Assembly: GCA_964016885.1 (NCBI GenBank)
Contig: OZ024742.1
Coordinates: 231,508,001 to 231,572,000 of the forward strand
Direction: 5' to 3'
Length of the DNA stretch: 64,000 bases
Source: Eledone cirrhosa
Taxonomy: Eukaryota
The notes beneath the pieces are model-generated. The model saw only the letters and a program-made list of their open reading frames with translations, searched no databases and was not told the DNA's origin. Shown here piece by piece: positions 25,210 through 38,105 of this stretch. Position 1 is the first letter of the stretch; each line of letters begins with the position of its first letter. Made by a program: the position numbers and the translations under genes.

Positions 25210-27973
25210 ATGTATGTAAAAGGTAAACAGAAATAACAACACAACTGGTACAGTATATAGAAGGGATATATTAGTTTAACACTTGATATAGCAGGAAGAG
25301 GGTCTTAACGTTTCGGATGCTAGTCCTTCATCAGAAGAAAGAATGAGAAATAAGATAGATTGAGGGGACTGGCAGGTTGGAATTGGAAAAAATGTCTTTA
25401 GATAAAAATAACAGGTCCATTCATGTTATTTTTTAGAAAAGTGGATGATGGAGCGCGTCTACCTGAAATGGAAACAAAACCATTTTGTAAAAAGAGCTAT
25501 ACTTGAGCACGTGCGTAAGCATGTGTGTGTGTTATTATACGTCCTTACGAAGCTAAGAAGAAATGTGTGTGTATATGTGAGTAAAAGAGTGTGTGTGCAT
25601 GTAAATATGAAGCTATGAGCAAAAGTATGTTAATATAAGGGTGTGTATGTGTGTATACAGAGCAGTGAAAAGAAAAGTGGAGTGAGCATATATAGTCGGC
25701 CTGTATTAGTTGTAAGAGAAGATGTTAATGATCAAGAGAAAGCAACAGGAATCTAGGGGTGTGATAATGGATGGGGTATTAGAGAAATTGGGGAGGTGAG
25801 TTGAGTCCAAAAGGGGAATAGGACCCAAGGCGGTGAATCAGACTTTGTTCAGTCCTGGTGTGCGAAGCCTGTGATCCATGATGTAAAAGGACACCCAGGA
25901 CTGAAACATGTAGGGAAGAATGACCAAGAGAACAGAAATGACGGGCAACAGGAGTATCCAAACCGAGTCGTATGTCCCTCAAATGCTCAGCAAAACGGTC
26001 CGCCATACGGTGTCCCGTTTGTCCGATATATAAAGACCCGCAAAGGGAACACCGGAGGGCACAGACAACATGGGTGGATGTGCAGGTGGACGAGTGGCGG
26101 ATACGGACCCGTTAGGGCCTGTAAGAGTGGTGAGGGTGGAAATGAAGTGACAAGTGTTGCAGCGGGAACGGGACAAGGATGAGAGCCGGGTGGAGTCGTG
26201 GGAGAGGATGAGAAGGAACTGCGAACCAGGAGGTCACGGGTGTGCTTAAAAGCAGTAATGTGTGGAAAAAAGCGAAAAGTGACGGGGTCAGAAGAGAGGA
26301 TACGGAAGGAACGGCGGATATGTCGCCGGAGTGGTAGATGAGAGGGAAAGGAACGCGGGTGTTGGGAGGGCGAGGGTGAGGTGAGAGGGCTGTGGTGCGG
26401 TCTGTTTCATGGGCGCCGGTGGGACCGACTTGGATCAGGATGGGGGGATATCCACGCTGGATGAAGCAGGAAGCCATGCGAAGGGAATTGGTTTCGAAAT
26501 TGTTGTCCTGGCTACAGAGCCGATGAAGATGGAGGAATTGGGAATAGGGTATGGAGTGTTTGGTGTTGGTTGGATGGGAGGAGGTGAAGTCGAGGTAAGA
26601 TTGGGAGTCTGTTGGTTTAATGAAGATGGAAGTAGAGAGGGTGTGGTGAGAGTGATTAATAGATAGAGAGATATCTAGAAAATCGACAGAAGAATCGGAG
26701 ATAGGGGTGGTGAAATTGAGAGCAGGATGGAAAGATAGGACAAAAGACAGAACGCAGTCGAGCTGTTCTCGTGATAGAGAGGTGGTGCTGATACAGTCAT
26801 CGATATAACAACTGTATAGCTCAGGAGTCGGTCCAGCGTACTGGGAGAAGACCTGGGCTTCGACGTAGCCAACAAACAAGTTGGCATAGTTTGGACCCAT
26901 TCTGGTTCCCATCGCTACCCCAGAGACCTGCAGATAAAATTCACTCGAAAAATAAAATCCATTGAGGGTGAGAACAAGCTCAGCCAGACGGAGAAGAGTG
27001 GTAGTGCTGGGTAAGGGGTAGGGCGTAAATCTAAAAAATGTTGGAGAGCGCGTCATCATGAGGGATGACAGTATAGAGAGAGGTGATGTCCAGGGTAAAG
27101 AGAAGGTGGGAGGGACCAGGAGGGAAGGAGAAGGAGTTGAAGAGTCTAAGGGCATGATTTTTATCGTGGATGTGGGAGGGGAGATTGCCGACCAACGGGG
27201 TGAAGATGGTGTCTAAATATTCAGAAATTATCTCGGTGGGGAAGTTGCACGCAGAAACGATAGGACGGTCGGGATTATTTTGTTTGTGTATTTTGGGGAG
27301 GAAGTAGATGGTGGGTGTGTGAGGGGCACGTACAATAAGGTTGGTGGCTGTGGGGGGTAGGAGAGAGGAGGAGATGAGGTCGTGGATGGTGGAGGACACG
27401 AGTTGTTGATAGCCATGAGTGGGGTCAGAGGATAAAGGGCGGTAAAAAAGGGTATTGTGAAGCTGGCGGAGAGACTCAGCCCTATAGAGGTCAGCGCTCC
27501 AAACCACCACAGCACCACCTTTGTCACCGGGTTTGATGACAATGTCATCTCGACGCCGAAGGTTGTGAAGAGCGGAGAGCTCGGTCTGCGTGATGTTAGA
27601 GCGACGTGAATGCTGAGGGAAACGGAACCGATTCACAGTATGCTGGCAAGTATCGACAAAGGAGTCGAGGGTGCTGAAGTGGCCAGAGCTCGGCGTCTAA
27701 TGTGATTGCCAGCGACTGAGACGAGGGAAGTCATCTGTCTGTGTTGATGATGGCGTGTCGTGAATAAAATGCTTTCAGCTTTAATCAATGGAAGAACCCT
27801 TCAATATCGGCATGTGTGCGGAACTCGTCGCAGGTGGATGTGGTTGGTATAAAACGCAAACCACGGCCGAGGAGGGAGCGCTCAGCTTCGGAGAGTGGTA
27901 GGTCCTGGGGTATAGTGACTACAGTGCAGGGACGTGAGGAAGTGAAAGAGGCGGAGGTGTTGAAAAAAAACAA
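25210..27973 (-). pseudogene. Neptune-type Penelope-like retroelement (RT plus GIY-YIG), frameshifted
   Basis: IKPGDKGGAVVVW, LPKIHK, RPIVS, LDITSLYT, GVAMGTRMGPNYANLF, YIDD, HPTNTK, Cys linker CxxxxCNTC, LYIGQT, RFAEH, VARHF, GLN. Confidence 0.92.
25303..25338 (-). ncRNA. Minimal type I hammerhead ribozyme in PLE 3' pLTR
   Basis: UCUU-CUGAUGA-A-GGA cuagca UCC-GAAAC-GUU-AAGA; intact core, 4-bp stem I, loopless palindromic stem III (ACGU) as in dimer-acting PLE HHRs. Confidence 0.82.
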
Positions 27974-28039
27974 AGTTAAAAACTCGCATTAATCCTTTGT
28001 AATTTTATGGTCCCAAAGAATAAATTACTGGGATCTCAA

Positions 28040-28230
28040 TAATACAGTATATAGAGAAGAAAACACAAAAAGGGGTTCTGTTTTCATTTACAAGGGGTAG
28101 AGAACCACTATAGTGAAGGATATAAGGTCTACAAAAAGTGAACTTTATATCCTTCACTATAGTGGTACTTTACCCCTTGTAAATGAAAACTTAACCCCTT
28201 TTTGTGTTTTCTTCTCTATACACTGTATTA
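28040..28230. repeat. About 86-bp-arm palindrome
   Basis: Arms 28040-28125 and 28145-28230 with a few mismatches, beside the Neptune 5' end. Confidence 0.88.
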
Positions 28231-28601
28231 TATATTGTAGTATAAATTTTGTATAAATATCCAAAGGTTTAGAACATGCAATGTTATGTATAATCAGTTA
28301 CAATAGTAAAATATGTAGATACTTAAGTTTTGTTAGGTTTTGCCATAGACTCCATCACAATACTGCAGACGGGAGTAATGTTAGAGCTGTGAAATCTTGC
28401 ATACATTAATTTCAACTCTTCCTATTAATAATTGCTTTGTTTCTTTCTAGGGACTATGTTGAAAAATAAGCCTCATTTAGTCATTCCATGAGAGAATCTT
28501 GGTGAGCCTATGAACATTTCAGCCAACCCTCATATATTTGTCCATTCCCATGTTACTTCAATTTTGGATTACCTCCTGATTGTAACCTTATTATGTAAGA
28601 A

Positions 28602-28679
28602 GCTGTCTGATGAGAGCATGGCACCTTGTACTACGCAGAATCGCATGGCCATGGTCGTCATCGAAATATGTATCACAGC
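28602..28679 (+). ncRNA. Hammerhead-like motif in non-coding repeat family R
   Basis: GCUGU-CUGAUGA-long stem II-GAAAUAUGUAUC-ACAGC; homologous to 39405-39472. Confidence 0.6.
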
Positions 28680-28851
28680 ATTATCAATAAAGGACTTTAA
28701 CATCTAAACTACTTTGTATTTCCTTCCTCTCTCTATATATAAAAGATTATATTTTAGATCCAGTCTTCTTCTCAACAAGTAAGATGAACAAACTTACCTC
28801 ACCACTTAATTTTAAATCTTTAATTTTTAATTCTTTTTAATTGTAATATTC

Positions 28852-28899
28852 AACATTTGATAAGATGGACTTCACTGATACATCGAAACCGGTTATATT
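28852..28899 (+). ncRNA. Hammerhead ribozyme, U3-A8 core variant, in PLE 3' remnant
   Basis: AACAU-UUGAUAA-GAUG...CAUC-GAAACCGGUU-AUAUU; palindromic stem III ACCGGU; follows an LLNK-like GIY-YIG tail near 28765. Confidence 0.6.
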
Positions 28900-28989
28900 T
28901 TATATACATTATAAAACTCTTTTTTAAAAGAATTGTCCCTCTCATTTTTTCAATAATGTCACTTTGACGAATCAAAGAAGGAAAAAAAG

Positions 28990-31392
28990 AAAAACAGGGG
29001 AAGTAGAGAAGACTATCAAGTGGCCAGGAGGGAAGCTAGGAGACAAGTGTACTTCGCAAGAAGGGAAGCAGAGGAAAGAAAGTTCAAACATGTTCTACAA
29101 CGCGAGGACCAAAAACGTGAGGTGTTCAGGAGTGCTAGGCAATGTGTCAAGGAAAACCGTGATATTGTCGGGGAGAAGTGTGTCTGTAATGATGATGGTG
29201 TACTTGCCATCACTGACGCTGATAAGAAAATAACTTGGAAGTGTCACTACGAAAGGCTACTAAATGAGGAGAATAAATGGGAGAAAGACAGTCTCCCCCA
29301 CATCAATCCAATAGAGGGACCAGCAGTGCAAGCTGAAGGTAGTATAGTAAGTAAGGCAATCAAAGATATGAAGACAGGCAAGGCAGCTGTACCTTCGGAA
29401 ATAGTTGCTGAAATGCTGAAAGCATCTGGAACGGTGGGACACACTATGGTCACCCGGATAGTAAACCAAGTCATACAGATTGGGGTTGTTCCGAAGGACT
29501 GGCGTAGCAGCATCATCATCATTAACTGCTACAAGGGTAAAGGAGATGCCCTAGATAGGGGAAACTATAGAGGCATTAAATTAATCGACCAGGTCATGAA
29601 GGTCACAGAAAAAGTAATAGCGCAACTAATCAGAGAGAGAATTGATCTAGATGAAATGCAGTTCGGGTTTGTGTCAGGTAAAAGTACCACAGACGTTCTT
29701 TTCCTTGTACGACAACTACAGGAGAAGTACCTAGCTAAAAGTAAACCCCTATACTTAGTTTTTATTGACTTGGAAAAAGCCTTTGACAGAGTCCCACGCC
29801 CCATTATCTGGTGGGCTCTCAGAAAACTAGGTGTTGATGAATGGTTTGTGAGAGCTATACAAGCCATGTATAAAGAAACAGTCAGCAAGGTTAGAATTAA
29901 CAACGAATATAGTGAAGAGTTTAGCGTAAAAGTTGGTGTTCATCAGGGCTCTGTCCTTAGCCCCCTCCTATTTACTATTGCCCTTCAAGCTATAACAGAG
30001 GAGTTCAAGACCGGCTGCCCATGGGAACTTCTGTACGCAGATGATCTAACGCTCATAGCTGAATCAATGGCTGAACTAGAGAAGACATGCCAAACATGGA
30101 AGCATGGCCTAGAATCAAAAGGTCTTAAAATTAACTTGTCTAAGACTAAAATTCTAGTATGTAGGAAGGAAAACAGGGCACTGGTCCCTTCTGGGAAATG
30201 GCCATGCTCAGTGTGTAGGAAAGGAGTAGGCAGAAACTCCATTTTATGTCACAAATGCAAAGTATGGATGCATAAAAGATGTAGTGGGATCACAGGTAAG
30301 CTAACTAAGAACATAGATTTTATATGTGGCCGGTGTTCAGGTGCAATAAGTACTAGCAAGTGCCCACGGGATACTAGCTCATTCCATTGCCCAGATGGTT
30401 CTATAGAAATAGTGGACACCTTCCGTTACCTGGGTGACAAAATCAGCAGTGGTGGAGGGTGATCTGAAAGTACAGTAGCTAGAGTCAGAACAGGATGGAA
30501 AATGTTCAGAGAGCTTATACCACTATTGGCCGCTAAAGGTTTCTCTCTAAAAATAAAAGGCAGACTGTATGATGCCTGCATACGAACAGCAATGTTACAT
30601 GGCAGTGAGACCTGGGCATTGTGTGCAGAGGATCTACGTAGACTGGAGAGGAACGAAGCTTGCATGCTCCGTTGGATGTGTAATAGTAATATATGTGAAC
30701 GGCAAAGCATAAATGAACTAAGTGAAAAATTAGGAATAAGAGGGATCAGATGTTGTTTATTCGAGAGAAGACTACGTTGGTATGGTCACGTGATCCGCAT
30801 GAAAGACGACAGCTGTATAAAAAAGTGCAGGGCGATCAAAATAGACGGTTGCCACAGAGTAGGCAGACCCAGAAAAACCTGGAACGACTTGATAAATCCC
30901 GACCTTACACACTTACACCTCTCCAAGACAATGTCACTGGACCGAGATCTTTGGTGCTACACAGTAATACAGAAGACCCGCCTTGCCTAAGTACAAAGCG
31001 ATACCTACAGTCGGTAGGCACCTCTTAACCAAAATACACCCCCGTCCCACTACCCTACCCCCAACCCCATCTACACCACCCCTCTCGATGTAAAGTTATG
31101 TTGGTACCACAACATCTAGTCCTAAATAAATGAGGTCATATAGGTGTCACGACAAAAAAAAACACAGTCCATGCTGTAATGTGGCCGTGTAGGTAACACG
31201 GTAAAAACCTCCCAGTCCAAACTGTAAACGTGGTTGGTGTTAAGAAGGGCATCCAGCCGTAGAAAACCTGCCAGACAGTCCTACATGAGCAAGACAACCA
31301 ATCTTGCCTCAAGTGGGACAATTCCCGTCTAAACCCATGCTAGCATGGAAGATAGACGTTAAACGATGATGATGATAATGATGATGATGATG
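28990..31392 (+). mobile_element. 5'-truncated RTE-clade LINE with PHD finger in the RT C-terminal region
   Basis: NYRGIKL, QFGF, FIDLEKAFDRV, GVHQGSVLSPLLF, YADD, PHD-like C4HC3 motif, FRYLG, ETW, RLRWYGHV; one in-frame TGA at 30460; (ATG)n tail. Confidence 0.95.
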
Positions 31393-31442
31393 GTGAGATC
31401 CATAAATATATTTTCTGTGCTATTTCCAATTTCCCCTTCTTC

Positions 31443-32060
<618 letters not shown>

Positions 32061-32734
32061 ATGGTAGTGGTGGTTTTGGTAATGATGGTGGTAAGTGATA
32101 GTGGAGGGGGTGAAATTAATGGTGATGGTGAAGTAATGGTATTAGCAGTGGTTTTGTTATAATGGTTGTGCTGGAGGTGATTTTATAATGCTAGAGGTGG
32201 TGATGGTATTACAATGGTAGTGGTGGTGGTGATGATGTAGAGGACCCTCATTATAAGCAACAAGTGTTAAAGTAAATCTTTTAATTTTTTTGGCATAGCA
32301 TTCAAAAATCACTAAACTGTGTAACCCCTAAATATATTTAGTATTTTCTCATATTTTTACCTGTGTTGCTTTTATGTGAAATGGATTCAGAGTATAATGC
32401 CAGAGATCTCGGTCCTGTGTCATTGCCTTTGAGAGGTGCAATTGGGCAAGATCAGCTTTTATCACCTTATCCCAGGTCTTCTTGGGTCTCCCCACTCAAG
32501 GCCTCCATCGACTTTGAGGGCTTTGCACCTTATATATATATATATATATATTGTTATACTTGGAGAAGGTCATATTGTTGTAATAATATTGCCAGAAATA
32601 ATAACAGAACACACCGACTGTTTGGTTGATTTTCGCTTCTGTATCTTTTATATCTCCATAGTTAATCTATTTGGCAATCAATGTTTATCATTGATTGACC
32701 AATGGTTAAAAATACAGATATAAATATATATATA

Positions 32735-33545
32735 TATAGTCTATCAAAGTTCTTTCATTGCACATCTGCAACATCATCAGTGGTACTATTATATTTCCTC
32801 CTATTGTATTGTATTGTACTGTAATGTCTACGCCATTTTATTTTATTTATTTATTTATTCTTGTCTCTGTCTCTGTGCATGCGTTTGTGTGTGTGTATAA
32901 TGTTTGGTGTGTGTGTTTATGTTTTTGTATTCTATCTTTGTTTACTAGTGTGTGTTTATATGTGTTTGTTGTTATTGTACTTGTGTATATATTTATTTAT
33001 TTATTTATTTACATTTCCCTTAAGTCAGTATTGTTTGTTTGGGTTTGGTTGTTGTTGTTATTCCATTCATTTTGTCTGTTTAATTTTGATCTTCTAAGCT
33101 CTATCTCAGTTGCTTCTCTGATTTGCCTACCTGTTGAGTCATTTCTATGTTTAGATATTATTTTTATTTCTATGTTGTCTATATCATCTTTGTCTGGCGT
33201 GATCGTATAGTACTGAACCGTTTTTTTGTCCTTTTAGTTACCCCAATGTTGATCTATTCTTTCTCCTATGCTTCGAGCTGTCTCACCTATCTATGTCATG
33301 TTTCTGCATGTACCCTCTGTACATCATATGCTATAGACTACATTTCTAGTTTTACAGTTTACCTGGGGGTTCATTTTACATATAACACATTTCTTATTAG
33401 TACAGTGGGTTTTCTTAAAGGGGTATGTTTTGCTGATCAGGGATTTTATGGTAGTTCCTGGCATATATGTATAGATGACTTTTGTAGGACTAGAATTGTT
33501 TGATTCGTATGAAATAATCAGGATATTCCTGATGGTTTCATACAG
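32735..33545 (-). pseudogene. PLE GIY-YIG 3' fragment
   Basis: CTNKKCVIC...NCKTRNVVYSI*C, then GETARSIGERIDQH in the continuing sequence. Confidence 0.78.
32742..32785 (-). ncRNA. Hammerhead ribozyme at PLE 3' end
   Basis: UACCA-CUGAUGA-U-GUUGCA gaug UGCAAU-GAAAGAACUU-UGAUA. Confidence 0.68.
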
Positions 33546-34055
33546 AGGAGGAGGAGGAGGAGGGGGGAGAACCCTGAAACTTTCCATAGCTTTGCAAAAA
33601 GAATCAGCTTCGGTGCATTATAAGATAAGGCCACTGTTCCAAGAAAATAACACACTGACTGTAGACTCCTAAAGGATTGGCTGAGCAATTCAACTAAGGG
33701 TGTTTTCACCTGCCCCATGGGACACATGCAAATAATCAAAGTAGATGCTGTATTTGATACTACAGCTCTACATAGGAAAGTGGTAACCATCAATTACATC
33801 AACCTACAGAATTTTCTCTATATCCAGTTTGAAATGTTGGCATGGGTTGGAGGATACTTTTTGAGACAGTTTTCTACAACCAGGTGCCCTTTGCAACACC
33901 AATGCATATTTCATTATTTCTAAGTATGGTATATATTGGTGACATTCAGCAAACTGTTAAACTACAGAATGTATTATTTATCTGGAACAATGCATGTGTC
34001 AGAGCATGCTGGGACTCACACACATCTGATGAGACTCTTTTCAGTTTCCATTTAC

Positions 34056-34231
34056 CACGTGGTTTCCCAAACTTTATCAAACACGGATCCCTTTTTAGTT
34101 CAGAAACTTTTGGGGAAACACCAAAGTCTAATACTGTTACATGGTCGTAATATAAATATACTCCTCAACCTTTTTTCAAGGAAACCCAGACACTCATTTG
34201 GGTTCCGTGGAATTCACTTTGGGAACCATTG
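34056..34231. mobile_element. Old hAT/Charlie-type MITE
   Basis: Ends GTGGTTTCCCAAA / TTTGGGAACCATTG resemble CAGTGGTTCCCAAA TIRs. Confidence 0.5.
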
Positions 34232-34349
34232 ATCTACCAAATTCCCTAACAAGGGAATGGGTGACCCGTAATTGTAGTAAATGAAACTTGCTCAATATGC
34301 TATGCAGTGGGATTTGACCTAGAACCATCTTTCCAACAACAACCCTGAG

Positions 34350-34681
34350 CACTTTTTTGAATTCCATGTGTCTAACACCTATGGACTTTCAGAAACATTT
34401 TTTCACGCTCAGAGTTGCTGAAGCATGGAACAAACTACCTGCATCAGTTGTTAATTGTTGGGACACTGCATCCTTCAAAACTTCCATGCTTCCTGAAATT
34501 CACCAACACTACACCTGATATTCTCCCTGCATACACATGCACACATGTATCTGTGTGTATATCATGATTCATACACTGTTCACTTTCTTGACATTTGTAC
34601 ATTATTCTATGTACTATACATGCACCTTTGATGAGTTGTAGTGCACCTGAGCACTGTACACAATAATTTTCATTATTATTT
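34350..34681 (+). mobile_element. CR1/L2-type LINE 3' end
   Basis: FFTLRVAEAWNKLPASVV peptide and (ATT)n tail; homologous to 53446-53868. Confidence 0.75.
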
Positions 34682-34854
34682 AGAACCATGTGGTTGCAAA
34701 GCTAAGTTGTTAACCACACAGGTATGCTTTCACCTTAGAAATACAAACTTATGCAAAATACAAAGTCTATTCAATAGTTATTGCAACAAACTTCAATATG
34801 TAATTTTGACAATATCGTAATATTGTAATATTACCAAATACAATATTGATAAAA

Positions 34855-35073
34855 ATGGTTTCTGTTTTAGGTACAAGGCCAGCAATTATTTTGGGGAGGA
34901 GAAAGTCAATTAAATCGCCCCCAGTGCATTACTGGTGCTTTATTTTATCGACCCCATAAGGATGAAAGGCAAAGTCAACCTCGGCAGGATTTGAACTCAG
35001 AATGTAAAGAGCTGTAACTCTATTCCACTAAACATGCTGTCCAATGCTCTACTCATTCTGCCAATCCATCGCC
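34855..35073 (-). mobile_element. SINE family B
   Basis: Family match. Confidence 0.85.
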
Positions 35074-35594
35074 CAAATAATCTTGATAATAAGGAGCCAT
35101 CAGATTTGACCAAATATGCAAAGTTGCCTGCCCATGTGCTACATTAAAAGCCTTTACTATATTAAAGAGCTAATAATAGATGACATGTGGTATAAAATAT
35201 CTGTCACATTGTGGAAATGGGTTGGTAACAGTGTGTGTGTGATAGAGTGAGAGAAAGAAAGTGGTGGTGGTGGTTGTGGTGGTGGTGGTGGTGGCAGTAA
35301 ACAATGCATTTTTTATTTTTATTATATAATCTTATATGTTTATGAAAACGGGATGATAGGAGTGGGGTGAGGTGAAAGGGAGAGAGAAAGGGAGATCTAA
35401 AAGACAACTTCGGTTACGGTCATGCTGTGGAAAGTGGATGATAAGAGTGTTTGCATGTAAGTGAGAGAAAGAGAGCAGCAATGGTGGTGGAGGTGGTGAT
35501 GTTGAAAAGGAATATTTTACACATTAATATTTTGAGGATAAATATCCTCAAAATATTAATGTGTAAAATATTCCTTTTTTGGGAATTTCAGTTA

Positions 35595-35990
35595 ACGTGT
35601 AGGTGCCATGGTAAAAAAGCACCCAATACTCACTGTAAATGAGGTTGGTGTTAGGAAGGGCATCCAGCTGTAGAAATCAAGCCAAAATCAGTTCTGTATG
35701 AGCAAGACATGGTCACCTGACCTGGCATTGCCCACAACAGGACAACCCGTCTAACTCATGCTAACGTGGAAGAATGGACGTAAAATGTGTCTTGCTTGTA
35801 CGGAAGTGTCTCTGGCAGGTTTTTTTACAGCTGGATGCCCTTCTTAACACCAACCACATATACAGTGTGAACTGGGAGCCTTTTTACCATGTCTCCTACA
35901 CAACCACCTTATAATGTGAACTGTTATGTCATCGACACAGTGGACGGAACGGGAAAGGGAGGATGGGGTAGCGTTTGTGGGGTGGGGTTT
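35595..35990. mobile_element. Two opposed RTE 3'-UTR fragments
   Basis: GGTTGGTGTTAGGAAGGGCATCCAGC motif on plus (35640) and minus (35830). Confidence 0.7.
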
Positions 35991-36000
35991 ACATAAATAT

Positions 36001-36762
36001 CATCATCATCATTTAACGTCCATCATCCACACTAGCACGGGTTAGACGGGTTTGTCCCACTTGAGGCAACATTGGTTGGGTGACCATGTCTCGCTCGTAT
36101 AGAACTGCTTCTGGCAGGTTTTCTATGGCTGGATGCCCTTCCTAATGCTAACCACATTTACAGTGTGGACTGGGAGCATTTTTACCGTGTCTCTTACATG
36201 ACCACTTTACAATGTGGATTGGATGTTCTGTGCTACCAACATAACTTTACAGGGAAAGGGTGGTGTGGACGGAAGTGGGAAGATGGAGTAGGGGGTGTGG
36301 GGTGCCTACTGACTGTAGGTTTAAGTTTGTACGTAAGGGAAGGTGGATCTTCCGTAAAACTACATAGCGCCAAAGAACTCGATCCAGTGACATTGTCTTA
36401 GAGAGGTATAAGTGAGCAAGGTCAGTTTTTATCCCAGGTTTTTCTGGGTCTACCCACTCCATAGCTTCCATCAATTCTGATCGCCCTGCACTCTTTTATA
36501 CAGCTGTTGTCCTTCCTTCATAAGCATCACATATCCATACCGACACAATCTCCTCTCCTGCACACAACATTTGATACCTCCTATGCTTAGTCTCTCTCTC
36601 AATTCATCTATGCTTTGCTGTTCATGTACGTTACTATTACACATCCATCGGAGCATGCAAGCTTCGTTTCTTTCTAATCTACGCACGTCTTCTGTACAAA
36701 ACGCACAGGTCTCACTACCATCTAACATTGCTGTTTGTATACAACCATCATACAATCTGCCA
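36001..36762 (-). mobile_element. RTE LINE 3' fragment
   Basis: GRLYDGCIQTAML...RRLERNEACMLRWMC matches 30560-30990; (ATG)n tail at 36001. Confidence 0.9.
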
Positions 36763-37124
36763 ATATACAATATATATATATGTATAATATATATAACTTA
36801 TAAATAAAACACTTAAAATGCCATATTGAGATTTGATACTTGGTGGTTGTTTCAAATTAGACAATGGAATTTCCACACTAATAGCTAGAGTTCTTAATTT
36901 AAATAACAGTTACACATTGGTGTTACTGGTATTTAAAACCAGGAGCAAGCTGTAAAATATATGCAGGTAGACAAACTTTGATGTTACAGTTATATATAAA
37001 GACTAGCTGAATGACCCAGTGTTGCCCGGGTTACTGCTATTCTTATTCAGATTAGATATTTTTTTTTTCTCATAATTATTTCAAAATATCTATATTACAT
37101 TAAAAAAAAAAAATTTTTTAAATG

Positions 37125-37306
37125 TAATAATTGTTTCTACTTTTGGCACAAGGCCAGCAATTACCCAGTGCATTACTGGTACTTTATTTTATCGACCCCA
37201 TAAGGATGAAAGGCAAAGTCAACCTCGGCGGGATTTGAACTCAGATCGTAAAGGGACGTAACTATGCTGGAAAGCATGGCGTCCGACCCTCTACCGATAC
37301 TGCCAA
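37125..37306 (-). mobile_element. SINE family B
   Basis: Family match. Confidence 0.88.
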
Positions 37307-37530
37307 AATATAATTTAGAAATGAAAATCAGTCAATCTTGAAGCACTTCAGGGTAAACAATATTCATTGTGTAATTTTTTGTTGGTGTGCAAATGAACAA
37401 ATTGTTGCTGCTTCCAACTCATGAGCAACCAACATAGAGTTGACCGTGGGAGAAGTCTCTATATATATAGAGAGAGAGAGAATAAGAAAATGCGAAGTAG
37501 TTTCAGATGTTAAAGTCCTTTATTGATAAT

Positions 37531-37710
37531 TGTTTCTACTTTAGGCACAAGGCCAGCAATAACCCAGTGCATTACTGGTACTATATTTTATCGACCCCGT
37601 AAGGATGAAAGGCAAAGGTCAACCTCGGTGGGATTTGAACTCAGATAGTAAAGGGACGTAACTATGCTGGAAAGCATGGCGTCCGACACTCTACCGATAC
37701 TGCCAATCCA
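37531..37710 (-). mobile_element. SINE family B nested in family R
   Basis: 13-bp TSD CTTTATTGATAAT (37518-37530, 37711-37723). Confidence 0.92.
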
Positions 37711-37946
37711 CTTTATTGATAATGCTGTGATGACAGTGGCTACACGATTCCGTGTACCCAGTGCCATGACATTATCAGACAGTTCTTACATAATAAGGTT
37801 ACGTTCCTGAGGCAATCCAAATTGAAACGACAAGGTAACGGAGAAAACGCGTGTTCTTGAATCCTTCTCCCATTCCCTTGTGAGTCCCAATTCACCGCCA
37901 CAGCTTTGTGCAAGCACAAATGTGAAGGAAGTTGACCAACCACTAC

Positions 37947-38105
37947 CAGGGCCGTCTTAATGCATGAGCACGCTGGGCAGTTGCCCGGGGGCCCCCACAA
38001 GGATAGGGGGCCCATTTGTATTTTTATTCCTGTGAGTGGTTGTGTAGGTAGGGGCCCCAGTTTCTGCTTTGCCCGGGGGCCTATAATGCTGTTAAGACGG
38101 CCCTG
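37947..38105. mobile_element. 159-bp hAT-type MITE
   Basis: TIR CAGGGCCGTCTTAA / TTAAGACGGCCCTG, 8-bp TSD ACCACTAC; the copy near 39240 shows the empty site. Confidence 0.93.

Noticed and set aside
28451-28501. Candidate exon with good AG/GT signals
   Set aside because: Stop codons in all three frames.
30460-30462. Selenocysteine recoding of the RTE in-frame TGA
   Set aside because: A single point mutation in a truncated copy is simpler; no SECIS was recognised in the 3' UTR.
32758-33210. Hydrophobic 150-aa ORF resembling a membrane protein
   Set aside because: Antisense of an A-rich PLE 3' UTR with low-complexity composition.
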